A DNA stretch of 64,000 nt from Eledone cirrhosa (lineage: Eukaryota). Under the pieces are notes generated by a model, which saw nothing but the letters and a program-made list of their open reading frames with translations, did no database searches and had not been told where the DNA came from. The stretch is from positions 350,920,001-350,984,000 of the forward strand of contig OZ024741.1 in NCBI GenBank assembly GCA_964016885.1. The letters run 5' to 3'. The position numbers and the translations under genes are program-made. Each line of letters opens with the position of its first letter. The first letter of the stretch is position 1. This document shows, piece after piece, positions 24,363 to 39,038 of this stretch.

Positions 24363-27300
24363 AATATTTTTCAACAAACAATAAACTTTGGAAAAATAAG
24401 AATTATTTTAAAATCAAAATGCTTCAGCATCAAAAAATAAAATAAACAAAATAATGTATTAATATCACATGAAATGGTTTAACCTATACATATATGTGTG
24501 TGTGTGTGCATGCACGCACACATATCACATATCACTGCTGTAAATAGATAATTACAGTAAATAAGTTTTTTTTTAAAAAGGGAGAATTTTAATAAAAAGT
24601 CAATTACATCAACTCCAGTACTTGATTGGTACTATTTTATCAACCTCAGAAGGAAAGGCATAATAGAACTCAGTATGGTTTGGATGTAAAGGGAAGGCAT
24701 TTTGTCCAATGTTCTAATGATTCTGCTAATAATACTCAACTTCTGTGGGTTAGAAATAGTGCTGTGACATGCATGCCTTTCCCAAAGGCTTTAATGAAGT
24801 TCAATAACTGCAATAACAATGATATTGGTAATAATAATGGTTTCTAATTTAGGCACAGAGCCAACTGCTTGAAAGGAGTGAAATCAACCTTAGTACTTGA
24901 GATGGGTTTTGGCACTGGGGCTTTTTTCCTTCTACAAACAGCTGTGTACCATTTGGCAGTTCAATAGTGTCAGGAATGTTTTGTAGCTTTACCTGATCTA
25001 TTTTGAGCAAAAGCTCCATCCCAAATCCTGTCCAGCTCTTGTCAGATGATTTGGAGGATGTTTTCATTATCCTTTTTGCTTTCCAGGATGGTAGCTAATA
25101 GCAAGATCTTTATCTCAGGCAACACATCTCTCACAGTCACCTTTGTTACATATTTTCCCATAGAAGTTGAAATTATCAGAAAATCTTCACTCTTTAGGGG
25201 GTGTTAATAGTGTGAGGCTATGCCTAACTTTCAGAGACAAATCTTACTTCATTCATCTTGCATTCCCTTCCTCGAGAAACAAAAGTTTTCCTTTTCCATA
25301 TCTCCTGTAAGACATATCGAGCTTCCAAAATGGAAGGTTGCTCCCGGTGTCTATTGCAGAAGTTTATGCATTTATAAATAATTGTACATTTGTTAAGGTT
25401 CAAGATGACGTTTTCTGGCACTGCCAACTGAATTTTCTTCCATTTTTTTGTACCAGTTTCTTAGCTTCTCTGAAGGTGACTGAATCCATCTTCTTGTCTG
25501 TCATTGCCTTGTCATGACACTATATCAACTTGTTTCTATGGCAGTGTGGATGCCATTGTTATTGTCAGCAGTGATGATCTACTACTGCTCAAAGCAGAGA
25601 AATATTTCTCAAAGTCTGTAAATATGGTGGTATTTTTGTATTAGTCATCATTGCCTTTCATGTTTGCTGTCATAGTAATTGTAGAATTACTAATAAATGT
25701 TTCATCAACAGCTGCCAAAACTGCTCAATCATGTACTTTCTGTGAATGAACTCACCACATTTGAATTTAGGGAACTGATAATAATTTTCATTGTGGGGAA
25801 AATACCTGTCTAGCAGATAGATTATCACCTTATGTAACCAATGATAACAAGATTTTGCAACCAATGTTGACAAAAGTAAGCAAAATTTTTTTTAAATTCG
25901 CCAATGGAGAAGACAGTGTATCACAGTCCTACATGTGCAAATAAAAAAAATAATAATGATTTTTTTTTATAGATGAAGGGGAACAGAGATGTTATGTTAA
26001 TGCCTTTCCCCAGAGCATTACATATGAAAGAAAGTGGCCCACATGTAAAAATCAAAACCATGAGTTCATGTGAGGAATTTATCACTAATAATAATGATAA
26101 TTATTATCATTAAGATAATAAGGGCTCAAGGCCATGCATTTCATGGCGATAGGGGGGGAGGATACAGTTGATTTAATCAACCCAGTACTTGACTGGTACA
26201 ATTTTATTGATCCTGGAAGATAGAATGTAATGTTGAAAAAAAAAGTTCAGAGAGCTTATACCACTATTAGCCACTAGAGGGTTCTCCCTAAAAATGAAAG
26301 GCAGGTTATACGATGCCTGCATACGAACAGCAATGCTGCATGGCAGTGAGACCTGGGCATTGTGTGCAGAGGATATACGCAGACTAGAGAGGAACGAAGC
26401 TTGCATGCTCCGCTGGATGTGCAATAGTAATATACGTGAACGGCAAAGCATAAACGAACTAAGGAAAAAATTAGAAATAAGAGGGATCAGATGTTGTTTA
26501 CTCGAGAGAAGGCTACGTTGGTACGGTCACGTGATGCGCATGAAAGACGACAGCTGTATAACAAAGTGCAGGGCAATAAAGATAGACGGTAGCCACGGAG
26601 TAGGCAGACCTAGAAAAACATGGGACGAGCTGATAAATTCCGACCTCACACGCTTACACCTCTCCAAGACAATGTCACTGGACCGAGACCTTTGGCGGTA
26701 CTCAGTAATAGAGAAGACCCGCCTTACCTAAATACAAAGTAAAAACCTACTACAGTCAGTAGGCATCTCTATCAATATTTTTCAACAAACAATAAACTTT
26801 GGAAAAATAAGAATTATTTTAAAATCAAAATGCTTCAGCATCAAAAAATAAAATAAACAAAATAATGTATTAATATCACATGAAATGGTTTAACCTATAC
26901 ATATATGTGTGTGTGTGTGCATGCACGCACACATATCACATATCACTGCTGTAAATAGATAATTACAGTAAATAAGTTTTTTTTTAAAAAGGGAGAATTT
27001 TAATAAAAAGTCAATTACATCAACTCCAGTACTTGATTGGTACTATTTTATCAACCTCAGAAGGAAAGGCATAATAGAACTCAGTATGGTTTGGATGTAA
27101 AGGGAAGGCATTTTGTCCAATGTTCTAATGATTCTGCTAATAATACTCAACTTCTGTGGGTTAGAAATAGTGCTGTGACATGCATGCCTTTCCCAAAGGC
27201 TTTAATGAAGTTCAATAACTGCAATAACAATGATATTGGTAATAATAATGGTTTCTAATTTAGGCACAGAGCCAACTGCTTGAAAGGAGTGAAATCAACC

Positions 27301-30300
27301 TTAGTACTTGAGATGGGTTTTGGCACTGGGGCTTTTTTCCTTCTACAAACAGCTGTGTACCATTTGGCAGTTCAATAGTGTCAGGAATGTTTTGTAGCTT
27401 TACCTGATCTATTTTGAGCAAAAGCTCCATCCCAAATCCTGTCCAGCTCTTGTCAGATGATTTGGAGGATGTTTTCATTATCCTTTTTGCTTTCCAGGAT
27501 GGTAGCTAATAGCAAGATCTTTATCTCAGGCAACACATCTCTCACAGTCACCTTTGTTACATATTTTCCCATAGAAGTTGAAATTATCAGAAAATCTTCA
27601 CTCTTTAGGGGGTGTTAATAGTGTGAGGCTATGCCTAACTTTCAGAGACAAATCTTACTTCATTCATCTTGCATTCCCTTCCTCGAGAAACAAAAGTTTT
27701 CCTTTTCCATATCTCCTGTAAGACATATCGAGCTTCCAAAATGGAAGGTTGCTCCCGGTGTCTATTGCAGAAGTTTATGCATTTATAAATAATTGTACAT
27801 TTGTTAAGGTTCAAGATGACGTTTTCTGGCACTGCCAACTGAATTTTCTTCCATTTTTTTGTACCAGTTTCTTAGCTTCTCTGAAGGTGACTGAATCCAT
27901 CTTCTTGTCTGTCATTGCCTTGTCATGACACTATATCAACTTGTTTCTATGGCAGTGTGGATGCCATTGTTATTGTCAGCAGTGATGATCTACTACTGCT
28001 CAAAGCAGAGAAATATTTCTCAAAGTCTGTAAATATGGTGGTATTTTTGTATTAGTCATCATTGCCTTTCATGTTTGCTGTCATAGTAATTGTAGAATTA
28101 CTAATAAATGTTTCATCAACAGCTGCCAAAACTGCTCAATCATGTACTTTCTGTGAATGAACTCACCACATTTGAATTTAGGGAACTGATAATAATTTTC
28201 ATTGTGGGGAAAATACCTGTCTAGCAGATAGATTATCACCTTATGTAACCAATGATAACAAGATTTTGCAACCAATGTTGACAAAAGTAAGCAAAATTTT
28301 TTTTAAATTCGCCAATGGAGAAGACAGTGTATCACAGTCCTACATGTGCAAATAAAAAAAATAATAATGATTTTTTTTTATAGATGAAGGGGAACAGAGA
28401 TGTTATGTTAATGCCTTTCCCCAGAGCATTACATATGAAAGAAAGTGGCCCACATGTAAAAATCAAAACCATGAGTTCATGTGAGGAATTTATCACTAAT
28501 AATAATGATAATTATTATCATTAAGATAATAAGGGCTCAAGGCCATGCATTTCATGGCGATAGGGGGGGGAGGATACAGTTGATTTAATCAACCCAGTAC
28601 TTGACTGGTACAATTTTATTGATCCTGGAAGATAGAATGTAATGTTGAAAAAAAAAGTTCAGAGAGCTTATACCACTATTAGCCACTAGAGGGTTCTCCC
28701 TAAAAATGAAAGGCAGGTTATACGATGCCTGCATACGAACAGCAATGCTGCATGGCAGTGAGACCTGGGCATTGTGTGCAGAGGATATACGCAGACTAGA
28801 GAGGAACGAAGCTTGCATGCTCCGCTGGATGTGCAATAGTAATATACGTGAACGGCAAAGCATAAACGAACTAAGGAAAAAATTAGAAATAAGAGGGATC
28901 AGATGTTGTTTACTCGAGAGAAGGCTACGTTGGTACGGTCACGTGATGCGCATGAAAGACGACAGCTGTATAACAAAGTGCAGGGCAATAAAGATAGACG
29001 GTAGCCACGGAGTAGGCAGACCTAGAAAAACATGGGACGAGCTGATAAATTCCGACCTCACACGCTTACACCTCTCCAAGACAATGTCACTGGACCGAGA
29101 CCTTTGGCGGTACTCAGTAATAGAGAAGACCCGCCTTACCTAAATACAAAGTAAAAACCTACTACAGTCAGTAGGCATCTCTATCAGGGGGTGTTAATAG
29201 TGTGAGGCTATGCCTAACTTTCAGAGACAAATCTTACTTCATTCATCTTGCATTCCCTTCCTCGAGAAACAAAAGTTTTCCTTTTCCATATCTCCTGTAA
29301 GACATATCGAGCTTCCAAAATGGAAGGTTGCTCCCGGTGTCTATTGCAGAAGTTTATGCATTTATAAATAATTGTACATTTGTTAAGGTTCAAGATGACG
29401 TTTTCTGGCACTGCCAACTGAATTTTCTTCCATTTTTTTGTACCAGTTTCTTAGCTTCTCTGAAGGTGACTGAATCCATCTTCTTGTCTGTCATTGCCTT
29501 GTCATGACACTATATCAACTTGTTTCTATGGCAGTGTGGATGCCATTGTTATTGTCAGCAGTGATGATCTACTACTGCTCAAAGCAGAGAAATATTTCTC
29601 AAAGTCTGTAAATATGGTGGTATTTTTGTATTAGTCATCATTGCCTTTCATGTTTGCTGTCATAGTAATTGTAGAATTACTAATAAATGTTTCATCAACA
29701 GCTGCCAAAACTGCTCAATCATGTACTTTCTGTGAATGAACTCACCACATTTGAATTTAGGGAACTGATAATAATTTTCATTGTGGGGAAAATACCTGTC
29801 TAGCAGATAGATTATCACCTTATGTAACCAATGATAACAAGATTTTGCAACCAATGTTGACAAAAGTAAGCAAAATTTTTTTTAAATTCGCCAATGGAGA
29901 AGACAGTGTATCACAGTCCTACATGTGCAAATAAAAAAAATAATAATGATTTTTTTTTATAGATGAAGGGGAACAGAGATGTTATGTTAATGCCTTTCCC
30001 CAGAGCATTACATATGAAAGAAAGTGGCCCACATGTAAAAATCAAAACCATGAGTTCATGTGAGGAATTTATCACTAATAATAATGATAATTATTATCAT
30101 TAAGATAATAAGGGCTCAAGGCCATGCATTTCATGGCGATAGGGGGGGGAGGATACAGTTGATTTAATCAACCCAGTACTTGACTGGTACAATTTTATTG
30201 ATCCTGGAAGATAGAATGTAATGTTGAAAAAAAAAGTTCAGAGAGCTTATACCACTATTAGCCACTAGAGGGTTCTCCCTAAAAATGAAAGGCAGGTTAT

Positions 30301-30765
30301 ACGATGCCTGCATACGAACAGCAATGCTGCATGGCAGTGAGACCTGGGCATTGTGTGCAGAGGATATACGCAGACTAGAGAGGAACGAAGCTTGCATGCT
30401 CCGCTGGATGTGCAATAGTAATATACGTGAACGGCAAAGCATAAACGAACTAAGGAAAAAATTAGAAATAAGAGGGATCAGATGTTGTTTACTCGAGAGA
30501 AGGCTACGTTGGTACGGTCACGTGATGCGCATGAAAGACGACAGCTGTATAACAAAGTGCAGGGCAATAAAGATAGACGGTAGCCACGGAGTAGGCAGAC
30601 CTAGAAAAACATGGGACGAGCTGATAAATTCCGACCTCACACGCTTACACCTCTCCAAGACAATGTCACTGGACCGAGACCTTTGGCGGTACTCAGTAAT
30701 AGAGAAGACCCGCCTTACCTAAATACAAAGTAAAAACCTACTACAGTCAGTAGGCATCTCTATCA
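24363..30765. repeat. Near-identical tandem segmental triplication: 24363-26773, 26774-29185 (period ~2411) and partial 29186-30765 (period 1579)
   Basis: Identical ORFs recur at offsets 2411/2412 and 1579; junctions read ...catctctatcAAtattttt and ...catctctatcAggggg. Confidence 0.95.
24907..25660 (-). mobile_element. Decayed LINE ORF1 (gag-like) fragment, repeated in the duplicated units
   Basis: GFGMELLL..IPDTIELPNGTQLFVEGKKPQC resembles the LINE ORF1 segment preceding a zinc knuckle; broken frames. Confidence 0.4.
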
Positions 30766-31245
30766 ACCCCCCCCCCCCCCCCCCCCGTCCCACCACCTCC
30801 ACCCCATCCACACCGCCCCTTTCAATGTAAAGTTATGTTGGTCCCACAACATCCAGGCCGAAACAAATGAGATCGTGTAGGTGTCACGACAAAAAAACAC
30901 ACAGTCCACGCTGTAAATGTGGCCGTGTAGGCAACACGGTAAAAACCTCCCAGCCCCACACTGTAAATGTGGTTGGTGTTAGGAAGGGCATCCAGCTGTA
31001 GAAAACCCGCCAGACAGTCCACGCTGTAATGTGGCCGTGTAGGCAACACGGTAAAAACCTCCCAGCCCCACACTGTAAATGTGGTTGGTGTTAGGAAGGG
31101 CATCCAACTGTAGAAAACCCGCCAGACAGTCCTATGCGAGCAAGACAACCACTCTTGCCTCAAGTGGGAAAACCCCCGTCCAAACCCATGCAAGCGTGGA
31201 ACACGGACGCTAAACCTGATGATGATGATGATGATGATGATGATG
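30227..31245 (+). mobile_element. RTE family A 3' end (ORF C-terminus + complete 3' UTR + (GAT)n tail); copies cut before the UTR at 26236-26773 and 28648-29185
   Basis: MKGRLYDACIRTAMLHGSETW...LRWYGHVMR; C20 tract; ~121-bp internal duplication in the UTR; (GAT)n tail. Confidence 0.9.
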
Positions 31246-33476
31246 TTGACCGGGACTAGATTTTAACTCAGAATGTAAGAGATGTAAATAAAAAATTATT
31301 TTGTCTGGATTGCTACTTCCATTCTAATAACAACAATGATAATATTTCCATTCTAAAAGATTTAATAGCATTTGAATTAAAAATAAAATGCTTTACAGTG
31401 CATTCAAATAGAAGAGATGTAGACATTTTTACACAATGTCGGGAATACCAAAAAACAACATATATATGTATATTTTTTACAATGATTCTTTCCACATATG
31501 AAGCTTCATTGTAAGTGCCAGCCTTCAAAATTCATCTACTAAGGTTTTTTTACAGCACTCAAGCTCCACCTCACATGTTATCACCAGCTAAATCAATCTG
31601 ATAAATTTCAGCACACTCAATATATTTACAGTGTTTTATTGCATTTGTTTAGTATTTCTAACTATTTCGTGTTTCCTGTACTTGTTTTATCATGAATGCC
31701 TTTTGATAAATCAAAGACTTCTCAGTGAAATTAAGTAGACAGGAACTATTTGGAAGCCTGTTGGATGGAATGTAGCTGCAATTTAAAGAACCAGCCTTGT
31801 GTCATCCTGAATTTTCCTGAAAATTGTTATTGGTACATATGTCTGTGGACTACTCAGCCATTTACACATTAATTTCACAAGCAGGCTGTTCTGTTGATTG
31901 AACAACAGGGACATTCATCATCAAAGCTGATGTAGGTCCATTCTATTCCACAAGGTTCTCATACCTAATTTCACTACCTATAATGTGCTACAACTAATTA
32001 ACACACCAATCAACACAAAATTATGAGATAACAATTATATAGCCACTTAATATGCTGCTTAGTATAGTAGTTAAATTTGTGATAAGAAACTCTCTGTTGT
32101 GTTTAAACTTTTCATGACTGTATCGAAAATTAATTACAACATATAGACAATGAGTAAACTGCTATATGTTTTAATTAATAAATATAATGAAGATTTTTGA
32201 ATGGTTTAGTAAAATATCTAACTTTATGCTGGTATTGATCAAGTGAAATTTCACAATATCATGGATAGTATAAGGATATTTTCAATGAATATGACTTTTC
32301 TGCAGGTGATCTCAGAGGAGTTAGTATTAAAAGTATTAAAGTACACATCATGTGTCTTGAATCTGAGATCAGCATACTTACAAGAAAGAGGTAAAAATAT
32401 ATACATGCCTCTTAAGTTCCAAGGGTTTTTTTTTAGGGACCAATGCTTAGCTCCAGTTGAGAGATCTCATCCTAGTTTTACAGGTTGGGCTATCTCATGG
32501 TTACACATTTAGTGGAGGGAGTATATATTTAGAGGGAAGAGTAAACATTTAGATGAATGAGTCAATTGATTGAAGCAACCATTGTACATGTCTACCATTC
32601 TAATTTATCAATCCTTGAACAACATAAGATAGAATTCAATTCCAATGCAATTTGAACTCAGAATATAATATATTAGAATTAAATAATCTAGAGTTTCACC
32701 ACTCTCAGAACAATACTAAATAATAGTCATGAATTAAAGTCAGAGAATAACAATGTTTCTAATGTTTAATTATAAGATTATGTATTTGTATGTGTGCGCA
32801 TGTATCACATAAGAACATGTATTAGATACTGTGTGTGTGTGTAAACAATTTATGATCAACAGTTTGTGATTGAAAAGTTTACAATAAACCCACTGGCAAA
32901 AATTGAACTCTGCACCTTTAGTTTTCTGGACAAACATACATTTACACCCAGTTGAGATTTTGTGACTTTCTCTCTCAAATTAAGCTTATTGCCCAGCTAC
33001 TTTGTAATAAGTCTCATATGTTTCACGTGAACTTGTTGCCATATTTGCTACACAATTAGGTTTCATCCTAAGATATCACATCTTGTTTCCATATATAGAG
33101 AAGTAAGTCTTAAACCCAAATAATACATTATTGATTAATAGCTAAGATTTTATAAACAATACTGATTTCTAACATCAGGCTAAAAAGCTACACATTTTAG
33201 GAAATGGAGAAAATAGAATTAAATAGACCTTTATAGTATGTGACTGGTCCTTATTGTATTATTGACCCTGAGAGTTTGAAACGCAAAGTTGATCTTGATC
33301 AGATTTGAACACAGAACATAAAGTAACTTAACTGAATAAATACAAGGTATTTTGTCCATTGCTCTGATTCTGCTTATTTCCAAAATTCAAACATAAACAA
33401 TCATAAACATTTTTTAATGACTGTCTACAATAAGAAAAATACAAAACACAAAGAACTGTAATTTACAATCACATCA

Positions 33477-33514
<38 letters not shown>

Positions 33515-34859
33515 GTTTCTACTTTAGGCACAAGGCCAGCAATTTTGGGGGAGGGGAAAGTCGATTAAATCGCCTCCAGTGCGGGACTGGTACTTTATTT
33601 TATCGACCCCGTAAGGATGAAAGGCAAATTTAACCTTGGCGGGATTTGAACTCAGATCATAAAGGGCCGTAACTCCATGCTGCAAAGCATGGCGTCTGAG
33701 CATCTACCGATACTGCCAATCCAACACCCTACATCAGAATAATAATAAGTAATAATAATAATAATTAATAAATAATAATAATTTCTAATTTAGGCACAAG
33801 AACAGCAATGTTAGAGAGTGAGGTATAAATCAATCCTAGTACTTGACTGGTACTTTATTTTATCAACCCATGAAGGCTGAATGGCAGAGTTAACCGTGGC
33901 AGGATTTGAACTCAGAACATAAAGAACCAGAACTAAATTTCACAAGGTATTTTATCCAACACTAACAATTCTGTCAATCAATAATGAATAACTTATGAAA
34001 ACAATAAAGTCAGCACTGAAACATTTCAAAACTATCAGAAGCAACTAGCACTCATTATGAGTTGTTGAAACAGAAAAAAATGTGTTAAACCTTATGAAGA
34101 TCGGGGAACATCATCATCATTTAACCTCTCTTTTTTCTATGCCTGCTACAGCACAGCATCATACCTCATTTCACTTCCATTGTGAGGTCAAGCACCCTGA
34201 GATTAGCTTTCACCACTTCTTCCAGTCTTCTGCCGACTGTTTCCATTTAGACCACTATAGTCAACAAATATATTGTCATTTATCGTGAGGCCCAGTAGTT
34301 AGGGTGTTAGACTCATGATCATAAGGTGGTGGGTTTGATTCCTGAACCAGGTGGCACGAATTTTGAGCAAGATGTTTTATTTCATGTTACTTTTCATGAT
34401 ATGACTGGTGTCCCTATCATTAAAACACCTAAAACCTCATAGGAAGCCAGTTAAACATGAATAGGTGAGAGTTGTAAATTTCATTTCATTTTATGCTACA
34501 ATGATGGACCAAGCAGTTGTATAATAATTTACATGTGGTTAGGAACCCTTTTAAACCATCAGAATCCACTCATAGTTTTATGATACAAAGCTGTTTATTT
34601 TAAAACATATCTATCTAAAAACCTTACATGATAATTGTGTGTAACGATCTGAGTAAAGTTATGTTCCAAACACCAACATAAAATGATAAAGTTAGATATA
34701 TTACTAAATCCCTCCAAGTTCTTGATTATTTTCAAAATGACTTGAAAATCATAGGCAGTGTCTTTCATTAGAAATATGGTGATTAAAGGGTTAAATGTGT
34801 GACCATGAAATTTCTAGTTTGTTCAGGGAGTTACTACCACTGTAAGCTCCAAAAGGTTT

Positions 34860-35805
34860 TTTTCCTCAAAATGATGAGCAGAGGACCTATGAAGATTGGA
34901 AAGAAGTGAAGCTTGCATGCTTCGATGAATGTGTAATAGTAGTGTGCATGCATGATAAATTATCAATGAACTGAGAGAGAAACTATGCATAAGAGGACTC
35001 AGATGCAGTGTGCAAGAGAGGAGATTGTGATGGTATGACATGTGATGCATATGGAGGATGACAGCTGTATAAAAAGGTGCAGTGAGTTCAAAGTTGATGG
35101 TGACTATGGAAGAGGAAGACCTAGGAAAGCATGGGATTAAATGATAAAAGCTGACCTTGCCCAATTGCACCTCTCAAAGGCGATAACACTGTTTGAGATC
35201 TCTGGTGTCATGCTGTACTGCAGATGACCTGCCTTCCCATGTGCTCAGAATGAAACAAACATGTAGAGGACACTAGTCTGCACTAATATTGTCTTCACTC
35301 CTCCCCGGTCTTAATACTCTGCCCTCACCAACTAAATATTCCATGCACCTCGTCCATGTCAAACTTGTTTATTTGTCCCCCTCGCCAAACTCTCAACCCT
35401 GATACACCCCACCAGCTCAACCCACACATGAAAGCTGGACATGGTTTACATCTGATCTCCCATAATGATATTGCTATGACAAAAAAGTACTAAGTCCATG
35501 CTGATTTGGTGCCACAATAACAAAAGCACCCAGTCCATCCTGTAAGGTGTTCGTGCTGGTGATGCAACAAAAAAGCACCCAGCCCACCCTGTTACATGGT
35601 TGTTTTGATGCGATGATAAAAAGCACACAGTCCACACTGTAACATGGTTGGCATTAGGAAGGGCAGCCAGCTGTAGAAACCAAGTCAAAATACAGATCTG
35701 TATGAGCAACATGTGGTCACTTGACTTGACTTGTCTAACGTGGCAACCTGTCTAACCCATGTTAGCTTGGAAAAATAGATGTTAAATGGTGATGATGATG
35801 ATGAT
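34860..35805 (+). mobile_element. Decayed RTE 3' fragment
   Basis: EDL*RLERSEACMLR*MCNS..., 3' UTR similar to other RTE copies, (GAT)n tail. Confidence 0.75.
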
Positions 35806-36460
35806 AATGATATATATATATATATAGTGTGTCGAGTTAAAAACTCATAATATTCCCATATAATCAAATAAACTTTATATCCCTTATAATTTGAACACAT
35901 ATTTATGTGCATTTCTCTCTTTACTGATTATATATATATACATACATTATATATATACTGGTATACTGGAAAATCAACATTTTTGATTAGTTTAATAGAA
36001 AATTATATTATTCATCAATCTTTCTTTTGGTGACCATAAAAAAAAATCAACAAAACATGCAAACAATCCCTTATAAAAGACAATGTAGTGATTTGAGTAT
36101 GGGTGTGGTCTTTAAATAATAAATAACAATCAATAGAAATGAGGTGAAATGTATTTGTACAGAGAACAGAGAAACACTCATAGTTTTTATGTATTTTAAA
36201 ACAAAGATGCTGACACACACATATACACTAGTATTCACCTATTAATGGTGGGGTCGACAACGTTGTTAGAACTCAATGCAGCCTTGAAGAGATGGTTTCA
36301 ACGAGATTAGGTTATGAGAGCTATAGTTTTTGTAGTAGGTTCCCATCGCATAAGGTTCCATCGATATACATGTTTGCATGTGTGTATATGATGTGTATGT
36401 GCATGTGTGTGTGTGTGTGTATGTGTTAGCGTGTGTATATCTGCATGTGTATTGTGTGTT

Positions 36461-36634
36461 TTATTCCTCGATGATATCACTAACAGGTGTCTGGACTAAA
36501 GTCAATTTATCATCCACACCACTAACAGATGAGCTTTTGTACAAATTGATATTATATCGATAAAACATGGACATGATGCTAAACAAAAGCACGTCGGCAG
36601 CCATGAGGGCAGCAAACAGGAAAAATTCTGAAGC
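36461..36634 (-). CDS. SLC15A1/2-like peptide transporter, last coding exon (TM12 + C-terminus)
   Basis: ttttag acceptor; ASEFFLFAALMAADVLLFSIMSMFYRYNINLYKSSSVSGVDDKLTLVQTPVSDIIEE*. Confidence 0.9.
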   Translation of the reverse strand, partial: ASEFFLFAALMAADVLLFSIMSMFYRYNINLYKSSSVSGVDDKLTLVQTPVSDIIEE

Positions 36635-38099
36635 CTAAAAAATAAGAAAAATACAAATTGAAAAGACATTAAAAAATAAATAAATAAAAATAAATAAATA
36701 GGAAAGACATGTTAAAAATATCCTTGCTGATCTTGGCCAAATGGGATATATCCATGAGAGCCCTATTCCCTGCCTAACCTCTAGCCAGAAATCTCCAGAC
36801 ATATCGTTCTTTGATCGAGCGACAAGATCCCAGACCTCAGTCGCTTGCTTAGTGGGGTGAATCTCGTAAAATCGAACCAATTGGTTTCCATTGCTGATAC
36901 TATCTACTGGTCACAACTCCTGGCAGAAAGAGCAATGTGAAATAAAGTATCTTGCTCAAGGATACAACGCATCACCCAGTCCGAGAATTGAACTCACAGC
37001 CTCATGATTATGAATCCAACTCTCTAACCAATAAGCCACATGCCTTCACAAGACATACTAGATCTCAAAACATAGACATGTCCAATCAACAAGGCAGTCC
37101 AGAAAAGAAATAGGACCACACCACTAGTTGTTCCTCTTAAGTGACATCACCTGGTCCCCTCCTTCCGGAAAGGAGTTCAGTGATGTAATTGAGTCCTGTA
37201 TTTCCAGCAAGCCCCCACGCCATAGTAACATTTTGTTTAAAATATATCAAGTGTTTCTTTTTAACATTTTTTTCTAAGTTCTTTTGACCAAATATGTCTA
37301 CAAGAGACAAAACATACTACTCTCTCTATAAGGTGAATATTATCAAAATATCTAACATTATAACAGTTTGTCCCAAATCCAGAGGCTCATCTGAATAGAG
37401 CTTATCCCAGTTTCATTTGCATTGAATGACTAAGAGTACAAAACTCTCTCCTGGACAGGTGTCAGTTCATCCCAAGTTTAACCTCCCAGCAGCTTTTGCT
37501 TGTACTAATTTTCAGCAGAGTAGACTAGAGCAATGTAGACTTCAGAGCAGAGTAGACTTCAGCAGAGTAGACTAGAGTTATGCTCAAGAATATAACATGT
37601 TGTCCTGTCCAAGAATCAAACCTATGACATAATGATTGTGAGCTCAACACTCTAACCTCTAGGATGTGTGCCTTCACATTATTAGTATTATGAACACTAA
37701 ATGAATGTTTAATCTTTGGACAAGACATACCATTCGACATCAATACATCAATATTTCTATTATAAATACTAAATGAATGTTTAAATGTTAGACAATACAT
37801 ATATGAATACATTGATATATCTAACACTACTTGTATTATGAATATTAAATGAATGCTTAACCCTTTTGATGCCAAGCTGATCAAAACCAGCGCTAGGTCT
37901 ATGGAACAAAACCACCCATTTTAAATGGTTTCTAGTTAAATTATAATCTTCCAACATGATTTTATAATAATAATAATCGTTTCTACTTTAGGCACAAGGC
38001 CAGCAATTACCCAGTGCATTACCGGTGCTTTATTTTATCAACACCATAAGGATGAAAGGCAAAGCTAACTCCGGCGGGATTTCAACTCTGATATAATAA

Positions 38100-38385
38100 T
38101 AATAACAAAAATTATTGTGTACAGCGCTCAGGTACACTACAACTCATCAAAGGTGCATGTATAGTACATAGAATAATGTACAAATGTCAGGAAAGTGAAC
38201 AGTGTATGAGTCATGAATAACACACATGCATGCGCGTGTATGGAGGGGGAATATTAGGTGTAGTGTTGGCGAATTTCGGGAAGCATGGAAGTTTTGAAGG
38301 ATGCAGTGTCCTGACAGCTAACAACTGATGCAGGTAGTTTGTTCCATGCTTCAGCAACTCTGAGCATGAACAAATATTTCTGAAT
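38100..38385 (-). mobile_element. 3' end of the CR1/L2-type LINE family
   Basis: Reverse complement matches 44940-45357; (ATT)n tail. Confidence 0.75.
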
Positions 38386-39038
38386 GAAAACTTTTGTTAA
38401 GTTACTATCTTAAAAATGAAATAATTAATAATTTTAGTAAATCTCTAAAAATATGTTATAATTAATTGAAATAGAAAGTATTTCATTAGAAATATCGTCA
38501 CAAAGGGGATAAAATTCAGACAAAACACACTATTCTATATAAATACAAGGGCAGTGGATTGGCAGTATCGGTAGAGGGTCAGACGCCATGCTTTGCAGCA
38601 TAGAGTTACGGCCCTTTACAGTCTGAGTTCAAATCCCACTGACGTTAACTTTGCCTTTCATTCTTACGGAGTCGATAAAATAAAGTACCAGTAATGCACT
38701 GGGATAATTACTGGCCTTGTGGCAAAAGTGGAAACAATTATTTATATCTTGAATGTTAAATAAATGTTAAACATCAGCAGAGTGCTGAATGTTGAGAAAA
38801 TAAACATCAACATTTCAGCAAATAGGTCTGTAACTTATTGACTCAATCAGCTATGGCTCTAGTATCTGTTGTACAGTTTAGTATGTTGAAACAGGTAGTG
38901 TTAAGTTAACCATAGGTAACATTATTGTAGTAGAGATAATAATTGGAACACCTGATCATTGATCCAAGATCTTGAAAAACCTAATGAACTGGCCACAATA
39001 CCTCCCACTAACATTACGAAAGTTGAAGATGGACTTAC

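Noticed and set aside
26294-30722. Three identical 145-aa ORFs as a tandem gene family
   Set aside because: C-terminal RTE fragments copied by the segmental duplication
31313-31700. Possible exon or snoRNA
   Set aside because: No recognisable homology, splice phase link or box/stem structure
38551-38650. tRNA gene
   Set aside because: A/B-box-like head continues into the SINE core and occurs in many copies; no complete cloverleaf
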